From: an uncultured bacterium
GTDB lineage: Bacteria; Omnitrophota; Omnitrophia; Omnitrophales; Abzuiibacteriaceae
Length of the DNA: 64,000 bases
Reading direction: 5' to 3'
Assembly: GCA_964387845.1 (NCBI GenBank)
Contig: CAYLXA010000002.1
Span: forward strand, 32,001-96,000
The notes under the pieces: generated by a model
Told to the model about the DNA's origin: nothing
Seen by the model: only the letters and a program-made list of their open reading frames with translations
The model's database searches: none
Made by a program: the position numbers and the translations under genes
Shown: positions 55,610 to 64,000 of the stretch, piece by piece
Layout: the number at the start of each line of letters is the position of its first letter
How positions within the stretch are numbered: the stretch's first letter is position 1

Positions 55610-56772
55610 AGTTGATTGACAAGCCGCATGTGCGGCTCTTCCGTAAACAATTCATCCGAACGTCGCTTTCCCTCGAGACCCATTGCTTCGGCGGTGTCGG
55701 GATGGGTGAGTAGATAATCCATTTTCTCGGATAACGAATCGACGTCTTGCGTTTTGGTCAAAAAGCCGGTTTTGTTATCCAAGAGCCATTCCGGAATTCC
55801 ACCAATCGAAAAACCGATCACAGGCCGTGCCCGCGCCATGGCCTCAAGCCCTACGGTTGGAAATGAGTCGGGATAAACGGACGGCACAACCAACATAGCG
55901 CACCGGTCCAGATATTCGTTCATTTTTTCATGCGGTTGATTACCGAGAAAACGGACACGCTCTTCGATTTTTAACTCACGAGCAAGTTTCTCTAAATTTT
56001 TGCGCTCCTCGCCGTCGCCCACAATCTCAAGCGCCGTTTTTTGTTTCATTTTTTGGAAAGCACGCAAAAGATAAGAAACGCCTTTGTAAGCACGCAAGCG
56101 GCCTAGAAATAGAATAGGAGGCGCATTTTTGGGGTATGGGGCAGGCGGTTGATTGGATTTAAATGCAAAGAGCGGGATGACCGAGATTTTATCGCTTGGA
56201 ACGCCTTCGTGGGTCAAAATTTCTTGCGACCTGTGGCTAGGCACAACGGCGCGCGAAATTGAACGGAGCGCTTCCAGCGATTGCTTTTTAATTGAAATAA
56301 TTTCAAGCGAACGTTTGGGGTGCCGGCTCATGCAATTTTGATAGTAAGCAATCGGTAGGCAGCCGAAGCCGAGGCGGAACCGGCATTCTTTGCCGGATGT
56401 GTAAAGGTATTTATCGGTGCCGCCGCAGTAGGCATCGGCATTGAGCGTTGTTTTGATGGTCGGATAATTTTCGCCGCAATAGCGAATGACATACGGATTA
56501 TTAAGATCATGAATATGGATCAGGTCAGGCTTAATTGCTTGAAGCGCTTCTGAAATTGCAGCGATCGATTCTTTAGCGGTTTTGTGCTCATAAGATGATA
56601 TTTGAGGAATTGTCGTAATGGGGCATTCTGTAAACTCTTTCGGTGCATGGGCTGTGAGTAAGTGAATCTGATAGCCGTGCCTGAGCGATATTTTAATCAG
56701 GTTTTGGATGTAGATTTCACATCCACCGACCGGATCGATGCTTCTGGTGATGTGTAAAACAAGAGGAGGCAT
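55558..56772 (-). CDS. GT4-family glycosyltransferase (GT-B, retaining)
   Basis: 404 aa. C-terminal EGFG-type motif region (FPTVGLEAMA…PV) typical of GT4. Confidence 0.75.
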   Translation of the reverse strand: MPPLVLHITRSIDPVGGCEIYIQNLIKISLRHGYQIHLLTAHAPKEFTECPITTIPQISSYEHKTAKESIAAISEALQAIKPDLIHIHDLNNPYVIRYCGENYPTIKTTLNADAYCGGTDKYLYTSGKECRFRLGFGCLPIAYYQNCMSRHPKRSLEIISIKKQSLEALRSISRAVVPSHRSQEILTHEGVPSDKISVIPLFAFKSNQPPAPYPKNAPPILFLGRLRAYKGVSYLLRAFQKMKQKTALEIVGDGEERKNLEKLARELKIEERVRFLGNQPHEKMNEYLDRCAMLVVPSVYPDSFPTVGLEAMARARPVIGFSIGGIPEWLLDNKTGFLTKTQDVDSLSEKMDYLLTHPDTAEAMGLEGKRRSDELFTEEPHMRLVNQLYTAVCSKFSKLQTSAR

Positions 56773-56820
56773 AGCGCATTATAGCTGCCATGCCTTAAAG
56801 TGCAATTCATAAGGCGTTGA

Positions 56821-56848
56821 TTGACAATTTGAGGAATTGCTTTAAAAT
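56821..56848 (+). promoter_or_regulatory. sigma-70-like promoter TTGACA-N16-TAAAAT in a divergent GT4/GT4 spacer
   Basis: TTGACA at ~56821 and TAAAAT at ~56843, about 50 nt upstream of the GT4 start at 56898. Confidence 0.45.
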
Positions 56849-56897
56849 GGATGTTTCCAATTTGTAAATATCATAACCTATTGTAATACAATAACTT

Positions 56898-58028
56898 ATG
56901 AAAATAGCAACCCCGCATTGCGGTTTTTCGCCCGAGACAAATTCCGGCGGCGAAACCTACGAACGTGAAATTCTGAAAAATTTGGCCAAATTGGGCGCGG
57001 AATTTGAAGTTATTCTGGCCAAAGGAAAACGATACCCGGAAGGCTTCCCGCAGTTTCACGTTCATCATTTGCCGGTTGAAAAGGGGCTGCGCTGGTATGT
57101 TTCGAATTGGATTTGGCCTCATTATTTAAAAAGGATCGAAAAATCCTGCGGATTTGACCTGCTCCGCATTCATTCCTTGCGCTTCACGGGCCCGGGCGTG
57201 CTGTGGTTTAACCGAATGTCACAGAAGAAGTATCCCGTTGTATGTCACCATCATCACATCGATCCGGATCCGTTGAATCCGTTCATTGAAAAAAAGGTGA
57301 TTGAAAAGTCAGACCTTTTGATCACGGGCAGTGAATTTTCAAAACGCCAACTGGTAGAAACTTTCAAAACCAATCCTACAAAAATCAAAGTAGTTCCGTA
57401 CGGTATCGATGAAACATTTGCACCGCAAGAGAAAGATGAAGCATACAAAAAAGAACTCGGGCTCAAAAATGAAAAAATCCTGCTGTTTCTTGCCGGACTT
57501 AAGAAAAGAAAAAAAGTTTTTTTTCTAATCGATACATTTCAAGAATTGTTAAGGCATTACCGGGACCCTGTTAAGTTGATAATCGCAGGCTCCGGGCCTC
57601 TCAAAAAGAAACTGCAGGAATATGCACTGTCAAAAAACCTAGGCGGTAAAATTTTATTTACAGGATTTGTACCCGAAGACCGAAAGCTTACGCTTTACAA
57701 TCTTTGCGATACTTTTGTATTTCCATCCGACATGGAAGGTTTTGGCTTCAGCCCTGCAGAAGCCATGGCTTGCGGCAAACCGGTTGTATGTTCTGATGCA
57801 GGATCACTGCCTGAAATTGTAGAAGACGGACAAAGCGGTTTTTGCGTACCCAACAAAGTGCCGGCATTTGTCGAAAAAATACTCACCTTGCTCAATGACG
57901 GTGAAATGAGACGGCGTTTTGGAAGTGCCGGTGAAATGCGGGCCCGAACCATTTTTCAGTGGCCTATTGTTGCGCAACGAACTTTAGAAGCTTATCAAGC
58001 ATTGCTAGACAACCGCCGCGAGTCTTGA
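56898..58028 (+). CDS. GT4-family glycosyltransferase
   Basis: 376 aa. EGFGFSPAEAMACGKPVV motif. Confidence 0.8.
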   Translation: MKIATPHCGFSPETNSGGETYEREILKNLAKLGAEFEVILAKGKRYPEGFPQFHVHHLPVEKGLRWYVSNWIWPHYLKRIEKSCGFDLLRIHSLRFTGPGVLWFNRMSQKKYPVVCHHHHIDPDPLNPFIEKKVIEKSDLLITGSEFSKRQLVETFKTNPTKIKVVPYGIDETFAPQEKDEAYKKELGLKNEKILLFLAGLKKRKKVFFLIDTFQELLRHYRDPVKLIIAGSGPLKKKLQEYALSKNLGGKILFTGFVPEDRKLTLYNLCDTFVFPSDMEGFGFSPAEAMACGKPVVCSDAGSLPEIVEDGQSGFCVPNKVPAFVEKILTLLNDGEMRRRFGSAGEMRARTIFQWPIVAQRTLEAYQALLDNRRES

Positions 58029-58031
58029 TCA

Positions 58032-58805
58032 ATGATGAATGCGTGGTTTCAGTTTGTTTGCTGGTTTAATCAGAAGGCGAAAAGTTTGGCTATCCGATTG
58101 GTGAAATGGACCGGAAAAAGCACGCAATACATTCACCCAAAACATCTGATCAAGGACGATCATCATCATTGGTTTGTCAAATTTTTGCGTGCAGGTGACC
58201 AGGTTTTGGATTTGGGCTGCGGCGGAGGCGCTCATAGTTTTGTGGCGGCAGAGCATGTAAAAGCGGTAAAGGGAATCGATCATTCCAGCCGGAACCTTGA
58301 AATCGCGAAGCGATTGGCGTCCGAAAAAAAACTAACAAATGTGCAATTCGCAGAAGGAGATTTGGAAAAGCCGCTGGATGAGAAAGATCAAACCTACGAT
58401 GTCGTGATCGCGCTGGACATTTTAGAGCACCTGCACAACCGGGAACAATTTTTAAATGAAGCAGCTCGTGTTTTGAAACCTGCCGGCCGGCTGGTTGTTG
58501 CAATCCCAAACCGTGACACGCAGTGGAAGAAAGCTTTAAAGCGCCACGGACTTTTCTATTATTCAGACTTGGACCATAAATACGAATATGAACAGAGCGA
58601 GCTTGATGCGGTATTCAAAAGGGGCCATTTTTCGATCCGGTCGATCGAACCGGCCGTCTACGATACGCCGTGGGTTGGGTTAATCGATTTAATCGGCGGT
58701 GTGTCGATTGGCTGGTACAGAAAGTTGGCCGACTGGAAGCGCAGTATGGCACTTAAATATCCTTCGGAATCAACCGGATTTCGAATCGAGGCGGTTAAAA
58801 ATTAA
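58032..58805 (+). CDS. class-I SAM-dependent methyltransferase
   Basis: VLDLGCGGGAH motif I. Acidic motif II VVIALDILEH. Confidence 0.8.
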   Translation: MMNAWFQFVCWFNQKAKSLAIRLVKWTGKSTQYIHPKHLIKDDHHHWFVKFLRAGDQVLDLGCGGGAHSFVAAEHVKAVKGIDHSSRNLEIAKRLASEKKLTNVQFAEGDLEKPLDEKDQTYDVVIALDILEHLHNREQFLNEAARVLKPAGRLVVAIPNRDTQWKKALKRHGLFYYSDLDHKYEYEQSELDAVFKRGHFSIRSIEPAVYDTPWVGLIDLIGGVSIGWYRKLADWKRSMALKYPSESTGFRIEAVKN

Positions 58806-60112
58806 TGAAAATTGGGCTCATCAACGAATTTTTCCCTCCATTTGCACCGGGCGGCGCCGAATGGAGCATGTCGGCGCTTGCCAATGCCATGGCGGCCAAG
58901 GGGCATCAGGTGGTTGTCATGACACCGAATTACGGCGCCCAGCCATTTGAGCAATCTGGGCGGGTACGGATCTACCGGTACCCGTTCGCCAAAAAAATGA
59001 AGCAGGGCAGCCGGCTGCCGGGTTTTTTGTGGCATGCAAACCCATTTTTTTATTTGCACAGCGCTTATCAAATTTGGAAAATTGCTCAAAAAGAAAAGCT
59101 GGATTTGTTACATGTCCAGAATAAATATTCGCTGATCGGCACAAGTTGGGCGGCTCGATTTTTGAACATCCCGGTCGTGGCAACGATTCGCGATACAAGT
59201 TATATCTGCCGGATCAGCGTTTGCTTGCAGCATCATGACACAGTTCCTAATGACTGCAGTCTTAAAAAACTTTTAGCGGAATGTTCGGAAGAATATTATG
59301 AGCATTATTACGAACAAAAAAACATTTGGGTTCACGCAAAGGATAAGCTGGCTCAAACGTATCATTGGTTTGACGTTCATTGGCGCCGTTGGCATTTGAA
59401 TCGGGCCGATGCGGTGATCGGTGTTAGCAACGGAATTTTAGAAACACACGGGCGCTCCGGAATTTTTAGAAATCAAAAGAGCATTCGAAGGGCGGTTTAC
59501 AATTTGCAGGATGAGATCAAGCCTCTCGCGAACGGTTTGGGCGATCAGCTGCGCCAGAAATATGGCTTGGGCCGCAATAGAATCGTGCTTTATGTCGGCA
59601 AATTTTCAAGAGGAAAAGGAACGAGGGATTTTGTAGAATCTTTTGAGATAGTGAGCAAGCAGTGTCCGAACACGGTTTATGTCATGGCGGGGTCCGGGAT
59701 GAAAATAGCCGGCTCTGATCAAATTAAAGTTCTGAACCAGCTTCCGCATGCCGAGGTGCTGGATCTTATGGCGATTGCCGACTTAATTGTGGTGCCGAGT
59801 GTATGGCCTGAACCTTTGAGCCGCGTTCTGTTGGAAGCGCTTTATTTATCAAAACCGATTGTCGGGACGCGTGTCGGCGGTACGCCTGAGGTTGTAGCGG
59901 ACGGTGAAAACGGCTTTTTGGTTCCGAGAAGCCAGCCCGAAAAGCTTGCGGAAGCGATTTCGAGAATTCTTTCGGATGATTCACTTGCAAAAAGAATGGG
60001 CAAGCGCTCGCGTGAAATTGCGCTGACAAAATTCGAAAAATCCGCCTTAGTGAGGCAATATGAAATTGTGTATCAAGACTGCATGAATCAAACCCAGGGT
60101 GGACGATTATGA
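58805..60112 (+). CDS. GT4-family glycosyltransferase
   Basis: 435 aa. WPEPLSRVLLEALYLSKPIVGT (E-x7-E GT4 motif). Confidence 0.8.
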   Translation: MKIGLINEFFPPFAPGGAEWSMSALANAMAAKGHQVVVMTPNYGAQPFEQSGRVRIYRYPFAKKMKQGSRLPGFLWHANPFFYLHSAYQIWKIAQKEKLDLLHVQNKYSLIGTSWAARFLNIPVVATIRDTSYICRISVCLQHHDTVPNDCSLKKLLAECSEEYYEHYYEQKNIWVHAKDKLAQTYHWFDVHWRRWHLNRADAVIGVSNGILETHGRSGIFRNQKSIRRAVYNLQDEIKPLANGLGDQLRQKYGLGRNRIVLYVGKFSRGKGTRDFVESFEIVSKQCPNTVYVMAGSGMKIAGSDQIKVLNQLPHAEVLDLMAIADLIVVPSVWPEPLSRVLLEALYLSKPIVGTRVGGTPEVVADGENGFLVPRSQPEKLAEAISRILSDDSLAKRMGKRSREIALTKFEKSALVRQYEIVYQDCMNQTQGGRL

Positions 60113-60849
60113 TTGAAGGGCTGAAAGTTGTGGTGGTGCTTCCTGCTTATAATGCAGAAAAGACGCTTGAAATGACAGTGAACGAAATTCCAAATTCAAT
60201 CGTTGATGAAATCATTCTGGTTGACGATTTTAGTACAGACCGAACCACCGAAGTCGCAAAAAAGATAGGGTTAAAGCACGTTATTCGGCATGAAAAAAAT
60301 CTGGGTTACGGTGGAAACCAGAAAACCTGCTATCGCAAAGCGCTGGAGTTGGGTGCCGATATTGTGTTGATGCTTCATCCGGATTATCAATACACACCAA
60401 AATTGATTTTGCCGATGGTGTCTCTGATCGCTTCGGGACAGTTTGATGTTGTGCTTGGTTCGCGTATTTTGGGAATCGGCGCCTTGAAGGGCGGGATGCC
60501 GTTTTATAAATATGTGGCAAACCGTTTTCTGACAGCATTTGAAAATATTCTGCTTTCGCACAAATTATCGGAATATCACACGGGCTACCGCGCATTTTCC
60601 AGAAAAGTACTGGAAACAGTAAAATTTGAAAAGAATTCGAATGATTTTGTGTTTGATAACCAAATGTTAGCCCAAGTGATTTATCACGGATTCCAAATCG
60701 GTGAAATCACATGCCCGACCAAGTATTTTCCCGAAGCTTCTTCAATCAACTTTTCTAGAAGTGTTGCGTATGGCTTAGGCGTGTTAAAAACCGCGCTTGC
60801 ATTTCGCCTGCACAAAGCCGGCATTCTCCGCAGCGCACTCTTTTCCTGA
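60109..60849 (+). CDS. family-2 glycosyltransferase (Dpm1-like polyprenyl-phosphate sugar synthase type)
   Basis: VVLPAYNAEK…ILVDDFSTD motif. 246 aa. 4-nt overlap with the upstream gene. Confidence 0.75.
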   Translation: MIEGLKVVVVLPAYNAEKTLEMTVNEIPNSIVDEIILVDDFSTDRTTEVAKKIGLKHVIRHEKNLGYGGNQKTCYRKALELGADIVLMLHPDYQYTPKLILPMVSLIASGQFDVVLGSRILGIGALKGGMPFYKYVANRFLTAFENILLSHKLSEYHTGYRAFSRKVLETVKFEKNSNDFVFDNQMLAQVIYHGFQIGEITCPTKYFPEASSINFSRSVAYGLGVLKTALAFRLHKAGILRSALFS

Positions 60850-60852
60850 TAT

Positions 60853-62499
60853 ATGAAGTCAAAAACAGACAATCAAGACAAATGGTTTGGATTGGCGATT
60901 CTTATTGCTTTAGCGGTCGCTTTTTTATATCAATCCACTTATTCTTCGGCACCGACCAGCGACGCTCCTTCATGGATACGCGCTGCTAAGAACATGGACT
61001 GGCGGTTGATTTTTGTTCCAACACACTTATTGCCTCTGGGGCTTATTATGCTGGTGCAAAATTTATTTGGAATTGCATCGGTTTTGCCTGTAATCAATTT
61101 CGCAAATACCGTTCTCTCATTTTTAATTATTTTAAATGTCTATCGCTTGACTAAATTTGCCAATCTAAATCCCTTTACAAGGCTGACGGCCGCCGGCTTA
61201 TTCGGCGTATCATACGGGCTGTGGTATTTTGCAAACGGGGAATTGCACCATTTTGGAATTCTCTTCGTCATTTTAATTTTTATTAAACTCATTCAGTATC
61301 GCGAACAGCCCTCTATCCGCGGCGTAATCTTTATCGCCGTTTTGCATGTGCTGGCTGTTTTATTGCATCAAGAGCATGCCTTCATGTTGTTTCCGATCGC
61401 CTGGATGATGCTGTATGGACGTTTCAACAAAAACTCAATAAAAAATTTTACCGCCTATTTTTTGAGCGCATTGCTTTTTGGAGGATTCTCGGTTTTTTTG
61501 ATAGGCGTATTTGTCAACCGCACCATGCATCCCGCCGAACTTTTTCGATGGTTTTTTTATATCTATGACACCGGGCTGTCGAAGGAAGGCTACATGTTAT
61601 TGCGCTGGCACGACTGGTTTCTTCTGCGTGTTGTAAAAGGGATGCTGATGGCAATCAGTTACGGATCGCAAATCGTGATTGATATCCTGAGATATCCGGA
61701 CATTCGCATGATTCCGAGCGTGGTTTTCTATACGCTTTTTTCGCTAGTCGCATTTGCTGGAATAGGGTTTGGCGTATTTCGGTTTTGCGCTCATTTCGTT
61801 TCGCTTAAATCATCCGAGTCTAAAGCCGTGTTAAGTGGTTTGATCGTTTGGTTTGCTTGTTACAAATTATTTTTTAACCTGACGTATATGCCAGAATCTC
61901 CCGAATACCACATCAGCGCCAATATTCCCTTGCTTATTTTTGTGTCAATCGGCTTAGCGTCAGTTTCATCGCGATTTGCTCGAATCGGGGCGTCGGTTAC
62001 TTTGATCGGTTTAATATTTTCAGTCAACCTATGGGCTTCGATTTTGCCGTGGAGATCGCATGGTATCGAGATGGCAAAGTTTGATCGGTACGTGACCGCC
62101 CATTTCAAAGACACTGATTTCTTTGTTTCCATGGAATCTTCTTTGGATCCGGTCATTAGCCGTTACTGGAAACCTTATTCGTTGAAAGCAATGTTTATGC
62201 TGAATCCTCCCGAAAAAGTTTTTGAGGTCGTGACCGGTGAAATTGACGGCCAGCTTTCACAGGGCAAACGCGTTTTTTTATACAACCCTATTCCGAGCAC
62301 TTATGCGCTTAAGTCGATCAATTTTTATAATCCGGGCAATCGTCTCACTGAAGATTTTTTTGAAGATTTTTTTGAACGTATTAAATTGCGATATGCACTG
62401 ATCCCCATTTTTGAATACAGCGAAACGGCAAACTCTCGAGATTATTTGCTTAACACAGTCAGTAAAAAAGATAACTTTTGGGAAGTAAAGCGAAAATGA
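60853..62499 (+). CDS. polytopic membrane protein (GT-C-like glycosyltransferase or O-antigen polymerase/ligase-like)
   Basis: 548 aa with >10 predicted TM helices. Located directly after a Dpm1-like GT2 gene. Confidence 0.55.
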   Translation: MKSKTDNQDKWFGLAILIALAVAFLYQSTYSSAPTSDAPSWIRAAKNMDWRLIFVPTHLLPLGLIMLVQNLFGIASVLPVINFANTVLSFLIILNVYRLTKFANLNPFTRLTAAGLFGVSYGLWYFANGELHHFGILFVILIFIKLIQYREQPSIRGVIFIAVLHVLAVLLHQEHAFMLFPIAWMMLYGRFNKNSIKNFTAYFLSALLFGGFSVFLIGVFVNRTMHPAELFRWFFYIYDTGLSKEGYMLLRWHDWFLLRVVKGMLMAISYGSQIVIDILRYPDIRMIPSVVFYTLFSLVAFAGIGFGVFRFCAHFVSLKSSESKAVLSGLIVWFACYKLFFNLTYMPESPEYHISANIPLLIFVSIGLASVSSRFARIGASVTLIGLIFSVNLWASILPWRSHGIEMAKFDRYVTAHFKDTDFFVSMESSLDPVISRYWKPYSLKAMFMLNPPEKVFEVVTGEIDGQLSQGKRVFLYNPIPSTYALKSINFYNPGNRLTEDFFEDFFERIKLRYALIPIFEYSETANSRDYLLNTVSKKDNFWEVKRK

Positions 62500-63626
62500 T
62501 CCTCGGCATTCTTCCGTCTTTAGGAGGCAGCATTGAATCGCAAAAAAAAGATCAACGGGAAGGGCTTTTTCTCGGGTACTACATACCAAAATACCTTGAG
62601 CAATTCAAAAAAGTTCATTATTTTTCGTACGCAGATACAGAAACCAAAGCCCTGCCGAATGTTGCCATCGTAGCGAATCAGCTGAGGTGGCATCGCTATT
62701 TGTACGCCTTTTTGATGCCGCTTCTTCATCGAGATGCGATATGCGCGTGCGGCATTCTGCGTGTTATGCATCTGAACGGAACAGTTCCTGCAATTATTGC
62801 GAAATGGTTTTATCGAATTCCTTTTGTCACAACTTATGGGTACGATTATGTAAAATTTGCCAAATTAGAAGGACACTGGCTAAAGGCAAAACTCCTCAAA
62901 CTATTTATTCCATTTGCGCTGAAGTGCGCAAATGGTGTTATCGTAACAACCCCCGCACTTCAACTCGAAGTTGAAAGCTATATAGGACGCTCTGACAAGA
63001 TCCAACTGATCCCAAATGCTGTTGATATCAACAGGTTTTCTCCTGCGCATACCGGCAACCCCTCCAATCGAGAGCCATTTCGCTTTCTATTCATCGGACG
63101 TTTTGAAAGACAGAAAAACATCGATTTTCTTTTCGATGTGATTGATGAATTAAAGGAGCAAAAACCAATCATTCTCAACATGATCGGAACCGGGTCGCTG
63201 TTGGAGCAATTTAAGCAAAAGGCAAAACAGAGAAAATTACCCATTCAATTTTCCGGCAGTGTGGCATATGAGTCAATTCCGCAGCGCCACCGCGATTCTG
63301 ATTGCTATATTTCAACCTCGCTTGCGGAAGGGCACCCCAAAGCCTTGATCGAAGCTATGAGTTCCGGCCTTTTCTGTGTGGTTTCCGATTGCCCGGGTCA
63401 CAAGGATTTGATTCAGGAAGGCCGGAATGGCTTATTGCTTGGAATGGATCACGTGTCGCATTGGGTTCGAGCGCTGGTTGATCTAATAGAGGATCCTCGG
63501 AGGCGCCAGGCCTTGTCTGAACAAGCGCGCCAGTCTGTTGTTGAGAAATTTTCGATTCACAATACCCTGACTCAAGAAACACTGTTTTTAACTCGAACGC
63601 AGGCCCTGCATGGAAAAACAAGTTAA
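62496..63626 (+). CDS. GT4-family glycosyltransferase
   Basis: ATG 62496 overlaps the previous TGA. EGHPKALIEAMSSGLFCV GT4 motif. Confidence 0.75.
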   Translation: MILGILPSLGGSIESQKKDQREGLFLGYYIPKYLEQFKKVHYFSYADTETKALPNVAIVANQLRWHRYLYAFLMPLLHRDAICACGILRVMHLNGTVPAIIAKWFYRIPFVTTYGYDYVKFAKLEGHWLKAKLLKLFIPFALKCANGVIVTTPALQLEVESYIGRSDKIQLIPNAVDINRFSPAHTGNPSNREPFRFLFIGRFERQKNIDFLFDVIDELKEQKPIILNMIGTGSLLEQFKQKAKQRKLPIQFSGSVAYESIPQRHRDSDCYISTSLAEGHPKALIEAMSSGLFCVVSDCPGHKDLIQEGRNGLLLGMDHVSHWVRALVDLIEDPRRRQALSEQARQSVVEKFSIHNTLTQETLFLTRTQALHGKTS

Positions 63627-64000
63627 TCATTTCTCAAATCGAGATGCGCTCATTATTAAAATTGCAACCATATTTGCGTTTGCCTGCATCATTGCGGGCT
63701 TTGTGCTGAACGAATGGGTTCTGGTAAGGCTGCTTAGTTCGGATGGAGCGCTGGAAGTTGGGACTAAATATCTGATTCGTGCATTTGATTTTTTTGCCAT
63801 CTGCCTTGGGATTTGGCTTTTGCGCAACAGGCACAATATGCAGCTCCATTTAAATTTGATTACATTTTTAGTCACTTTGTCTGTCATGATGCTGTTGGTT
63901 GAGGTTGGATTGCGAACAGAAAAGATCGTGAGAGCTCATAAGCAAGCAAACGAACTTCAAGCACATCCGGGGCCTTTTCAAGAAAATCCGAGCGGAGCTG
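63610..64000 (+). CDS. partial ORF (N-terminal 130 aa) of a membrane-anchored hypothetical protein, continuing past the right edge
   Basis: ATG at ~63610 overlaps the last 17 nt of the GT4 gene. Open frame to the window end (MEKQVNHFSNRDALIIKIATIFAFACIIAGFVLNEW…) with a TM-like N-terminus. It is absent from the track only because it has no stop in the window. Coordinates follow the ORF-track frame. Confidence 0.4.
   Translation, partial: MEKQVNHFSNRDALIIKIATIFAFACIIAGFVLNEWVLVRLLSSDGALEVGTKYLIRAFDFFAICLGIWLLRNRHNMQLHLNLITFLVTLSVMMLLVEVGLRTEKIVRAHKQANELQAHPGPFQENPSGA

Noticed and set aside
62341-62375. Tandem 12-nt direct repeat (gaagattttttt x2)
   Set aside because: It lies in-frame inside the membrane-protein gene and simply encodes EDFFEDFF. 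It is too short and solitary to be a repeat element or a CRISPR-like structure.
63627-63887. 86-aa and 71-aa minus-strand ORFs at the right end
   Set aside because: They are antisense to an open + strand frame with a plausible ATG and TM segment, low in complexity, and have no RBS.
1-64000. Search for CRISPR arrays, IS elements or integrases, phage genes, toxin-antitoxin pairs and sigma-54 (GG-N10-GC) promoters
   Set aside because: I saw no regularly spaced direct repeats, no transposase or integrase-like ORFs, and no convincing TGGCAC-N5-TTGC elements in the intergenic spacers, despite rpoN being present.

Overview
The 64-kb window comes from a Gram-negative-type bacterium: it carries lptD, rpoN and hldD, and uses ATG, GTG and TTG start codons. 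It is almost entirely coding, mostly on the + strand. It has three parts. (i) 1-28415 is an accessory glycan locus. It holds a nucleotide-sugar pathway built around GDP-heptose activation (HddA/HddC-like) and a ColD/E1-type 3-dehydratase whose PLP lysine is replaced by histidine. The same pathway includes PDH-E1 alpha/beta-like TPP enzymes, a B12-binding radical SAM enzyme, an FAD oxidase and three SDR epimerase/reductases. After it come repeated modules of small Dpm1/ArnC-like GT2 enzymes next to large polytopic GT-C-like membrane proteins. These surround a 1074-aa fused membrane/spermidine-synthase/TPR protein and an AsnB-type amidotransferase. A convergent ornithine-decarboxylase plus homospermidine-synthase operon closes this part. 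(ii) 28529-47114 is a housekeeping block: nadE, ogt, rsfS, argS, miaA, hflX, a NUDIX hydrolase, a deoxyhypusine-synthase-like gene, hldD, tRNA-Thr(CGU), rpoN, accD, an orphan MalK-like ABC ATPase, two tandem membrane GAF-GGDEF cyclases, a transaldolase and lptD. (iii) 47203-64000 is a second O-antigen/EPS-like cluster. It contains ugd, rmlB, rmlD, a UDP-HexNAc 6-dehydrogenase with an epimerase, UDP-xylose synthase, another SDR, four GT4 and two GT2 glycosyltransferases, a SAM methyltransferase and a polytopic membrane protein. I found no CRISPR array, IS element or phage genes. The most unusual content is the modified-heptose pathway and the link between GT2/GT-C modules and polyamine genes (SpeE-like/TPR, ODC plus HSS).
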